Shown piece after piece: positions 60,706 through 64,000 of a DNA stretch of 64,000 bases. The position numbers and the translations under genes were made by a program. The DNA is from Octopus vulgaris (Eukaryota): contig OX597816.1 of NCBI GenBank assembly GCA_951406725.2, positions 103,168,001-103,232,000 on the forward strand. The letters run 5' to 3'. Position 1 is the stretch's first letter. Every line of letters begins with the position of its first letter. The notes below the pieces were generated by a model. That model made no database searches and had not been told where the DNA came from. It was given only the letters and a program-made list of their open reading frames with translations.

Positions 60706-62372
60706 CTTAGAATAACTTAGAAAGGTTTTGGCCAGTATTGGCCCAGGCCATGTCTAACTTAATAGCACCACCTGGTGAAGTCTTTCAGTTCAGGATTTGA
60801 GCACCAAGGCCCATTCGAGCAGAGAGTTATTGTTTGCGGAGACATATCCGGGTGTGGGTGGTTTGTCCGGTACTGTTTGAAGGAATTTGTCCAAAGACTT
60901 CTTGAATTTTGTGTGGTCAGTTTCTTTTTTGACGAGCAGGTCCAATTGAGGTGAAATAGTTGTGCCGTATTGTCGTTATGTGATGCGATTTAGATTTTTG
61001 TTGTGGACGGATGGCACGTGGTCCAAGCCTTGGATGCATTTTGAAGGTGATGCCAACATCATTCGGACAGTGCTGGTGGAATATTTTCCACATCATACAG
61101 ATAATGTAGCGTTCACGGCGTCGTTGGAGTGAATACAATTTCAGCTTCTCTAGTCTACCCCAGTAGTCAAGGTCTGACATGCCATCTATCTTTTTTGTGA
61201 TTGACCTTTGGGGAGCTTCAATTCTCATAATATTTTGTTTTGTGTAGGGAGACCACAGTGGACAGCAGTATTCAAGGTGGGGTCGGGCAAAAGTGGAGAA
61301 GAGAAGGATAATAGCGTGGGAATCTCTCGACTGGAAGGTTCTGAGAATCCAGGAACACATTCTGCGGGCCATGTCAACTTTGCTGCTTATATGTGTAGCC
61401 CAGCTTATGTTGTTGTCCACTGTTACTCCCAGGTCTCTGATGTTGTTGGATGCCATGAGAATTTCTCCAGAAGGAAGAGAGTATGGGAGTTTCAGAGCGT
61501 CCTCCCTTCCAAAGTGGATCAGTTCAAATTTGTCTTCATTTAGCAACATGTTATTCTTTTCCGCCCATTGGACAACAGCCAGTAGGTCTGACTGAAGGTT
61601 TATTCGGTCATCCACGCCATTGATGACCTTCTGGAGCTTGGAGTCATCAGCGAAGGTTCTGATGTTACTGTGTTTGATGGTATCAGTAATATCATTTATG
61701 TAGATGATGAAGAGAAGTGGGCCCAACACAGTGCCTTGTGGGACACCACTGCTGACTTTGGCTGGGCTGGATTTGACTCCTTCGACTACAACATGTTGGG
61801 TTCTGTTAGACAGGAAGCACTTGATCCACTGCAGCAACTTTCCAGTGACACCAATATTGGACAGCTTTCTCAGAAGGATCTTATGATCAACCCTGTCAAA
61901 GGCCTTGCTGAAATCAAGGTAGATGACATCAGTGTTGGAACCTTCTCCCAAGGCTCTCAAAATGTCATCAAAATGATGCAGTAGCTGCGTCAGGCAATCT
62001 CTCCCATTACGGAATCCATGCTGGTTGGGGTTCAGCATATTATGGCTCTCAAGGAAGTGAGTCATACGCGATCTCAGCACCCTCTCAAATACCTTGATGA
62101 TATGAGAGGTGAGTGAGATTGGACGGTAATTCACGGCAAGCGATTTGTTTCCTTTTTTGAAAACTGGGACAACAGACTGGGATAGAAGGTCCTCTGGTAT
62201 ATATCCAGCATCCAGTGAGTTCCGCCACAGATTGGCTAGAGGGGGTGCAAGTTGGTTTTGACACATCTTCAAGACACAAGCAGGGAACCTATCGGGACCT
62301 ACTGCTGAATTATGCTTCATTTCCTTTATTGCTGCTAAGACATCATTGCTGCTAAGACATTATTGCTGCTAA

Positions 62373-62377
<5 letters not shown>
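60703..62377 (-). mobile_element. CR1-group LINE, 5'-truncated, young; inserted in (TA)n
   Basis: RT ORF 60917-62320; 3' tail (TTCTAAGTTA)x2; (TA)n on both sides. Confidence 0.92.
60917..62320 (-). pseudogene. CR1 ORF2 reverse transcriptase (467-aa open segment, no endonuclease; frameshift near C-terminus)
   Basis: NYRPISLTS, QHGFR, YLDFSKAFD, SGVPQGTVLGPLLF, FADD, RDLGV, RPHLEYC..LWSP; shifted-frame tail KFKKSLDKFLQTVPDKP continues to ~60791. Confidence 0.9.
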
Positions 62378-62463
<86 letters not shown>

Positions 62464-62464
62464 G

Positions 62465-62495
<31 letters not shown>

Positions 62496-62645
62496 GTATA
62501 TATATCTATACATATATATGTATAAATACATATATATATGCATACGTACATACATACCTACATACAAACATACATACATACATACATACATACATACATA
62601 CATACATACATACATACATACATGCATACATACATACATACATAT

Positions 62646-63030
62646 CGCCAGCATTGCGACCTGAACATTAGCTTCAAGGTTCATCCAAGGATGGGACCAC
62701 GGGTCATACGTCCCCTGCCCAATTCAGGATCACAACATATAGATACACTGCAACACAATTTCCTTTCCTCAACAGGAAACTGACCAAAGAGGAAAATGAT
62801 CCCATCACCTTTAAACGGAGTCTGGACAAATTTCTTCAAGGAATACCAGATAAGCCATCTATACCTGGATACGACTTACTCAACAAGAACTCTCTTCTTG
62901 AATGTACCATGATACCACAAAACTTGACATAAAAAGGATTTGGATAATCCTATCAGGTGGTGCTAATAAGTTAGACATGGCTTGGACCAGTCTTTGGTCG
63001 AAACATACCTAAGCTTATCTGAATTTAAGT
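62646..63030 (+). mobile_element. 3' fragment of a related CR1 element, head-to-head with the first
   Basis: [22 protein letters not shown]...FKRSLDKFLQGIPDKP; same 3'UTR GGTGGTGCTA.TAAGTTAGACATGGC. Confidence 0.85.
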
Positions 63031-63080
63031 TCATGTATATACATACATACATACATACATACATACATACATACATACAT

Positions 63081-63180
<100 letters not shown>

Positions 63181-63869
63181 CTATATGTATACACATATAT
63201 ATGTATGTATATATATATGCATACATATATATATACTGGACCCTTGCATTACTTTATTGCCGACGTCTTCACTATACAAAGGTACGAAACAGCAGAAATT
63301 TGATCCGAACATCAGCTGCATCGGCCTCACCACTCTGGTAAAGTTTCCTTGAACAAATATGCGAAAAGTTATACGTGTAATCAATAAAACTTCATAAATT
63401 CACTTTACAAACAACTATACTTCTCTCATAACAAATACTCCCTACATCATTTCTGCATGAATCACACTTCCCTTCTCTGTCTCTGATGTCACTAAAATGC
63501 TGCATAGAAATTTTCCTATAATGATCACTTGTTCTCAAATAACAATGCTTCTCATTCGAAATATATTCCTGTAATATAATCTTTCCTGTTTTACAAGACC
63601 TATTAGTGTCATGCTTTTAGAATTTCCTAAAATACTTTTAGATCAAATTCGAAATACCCATTAAAGACTAAAATTATATCAAATAGGAATCAACAGCACG
63701 GTGGAGGTCTCCATACTATCTTCTGAGTACATTTAAATACAAATTAAGATAGAAGCTGAGATAAATTGTATAGAGTTATGTGGAAATCCAGGCAGCATCC
63801 TTACGAAACGGTTTAGCAAAAAAAAAAAAAAAAAGAAAGCAAAAAAAAATTTTCTGCGCTTTTTACTAT

Positions 63870-64000
63870 ATCTTTTATCTTTTACTACTTTCAGCCATTG
63901 AACCGCGGCCATGCTGAAGCAACGCCTGGAAGGGTTTACGAACAAATCGATTTCAGTACTTATTTTTAAGTCTGGTCCTTATTTCTACTGGTTTATCTTG
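63870..64000 (-). mobile_element. Family B SINE 3' end, runs off window
   Basis: cttttactactttcagccattgaaccgcggccatgctgaagcaacgcc. Confidence 0.7.

Noticed and set aside
61208-62279. ORFs overlapping the CR1 RT on the opposite strand or in other frames
   Set aside because: They are shadow ORFs of the CR1 coding sequence.

Overview
AT-rich, repeat-dense animal genomic DNA, most likely an octopus (inferred from the dominant tRNA-derived SINE families and the microsatellite load, not from a database search). The only host gene I can support is the 3' part of a RIO kinase 3 (RIOK3) gene on the + strand: seven GT-AG exons from 8 to 12386 that splice in phase into 366 codons plus stop, with intact kinase motifs. 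The remaining ~50 kb is a mosaic of SINEs, MITEs, mariner, Helitron-like, Penelope, Dong/R4, L1/Tx1 and CR1 relics, two decayed tRNA-like genes and many microsatellites. The most interesting signal is at 47.8-48.35 kb: two type-I hammerhead ribozyme motifs in tandem on the - strand, about 393 nt apart within a diverged tandem repeat, which is retrozyme-like. Each copy is damaged in a different half, and complementary (GA)n/(CT)n tracts between them could zip the intact halves together. Other observations include a CpG-depletion boundary near 19.5 kb, an inverted triplication, a 28-bp intronic minisatellite and several insertion-junction signatures. SINE and repeat family labels A-D are my own working names, and repeat boundaries are approximate.
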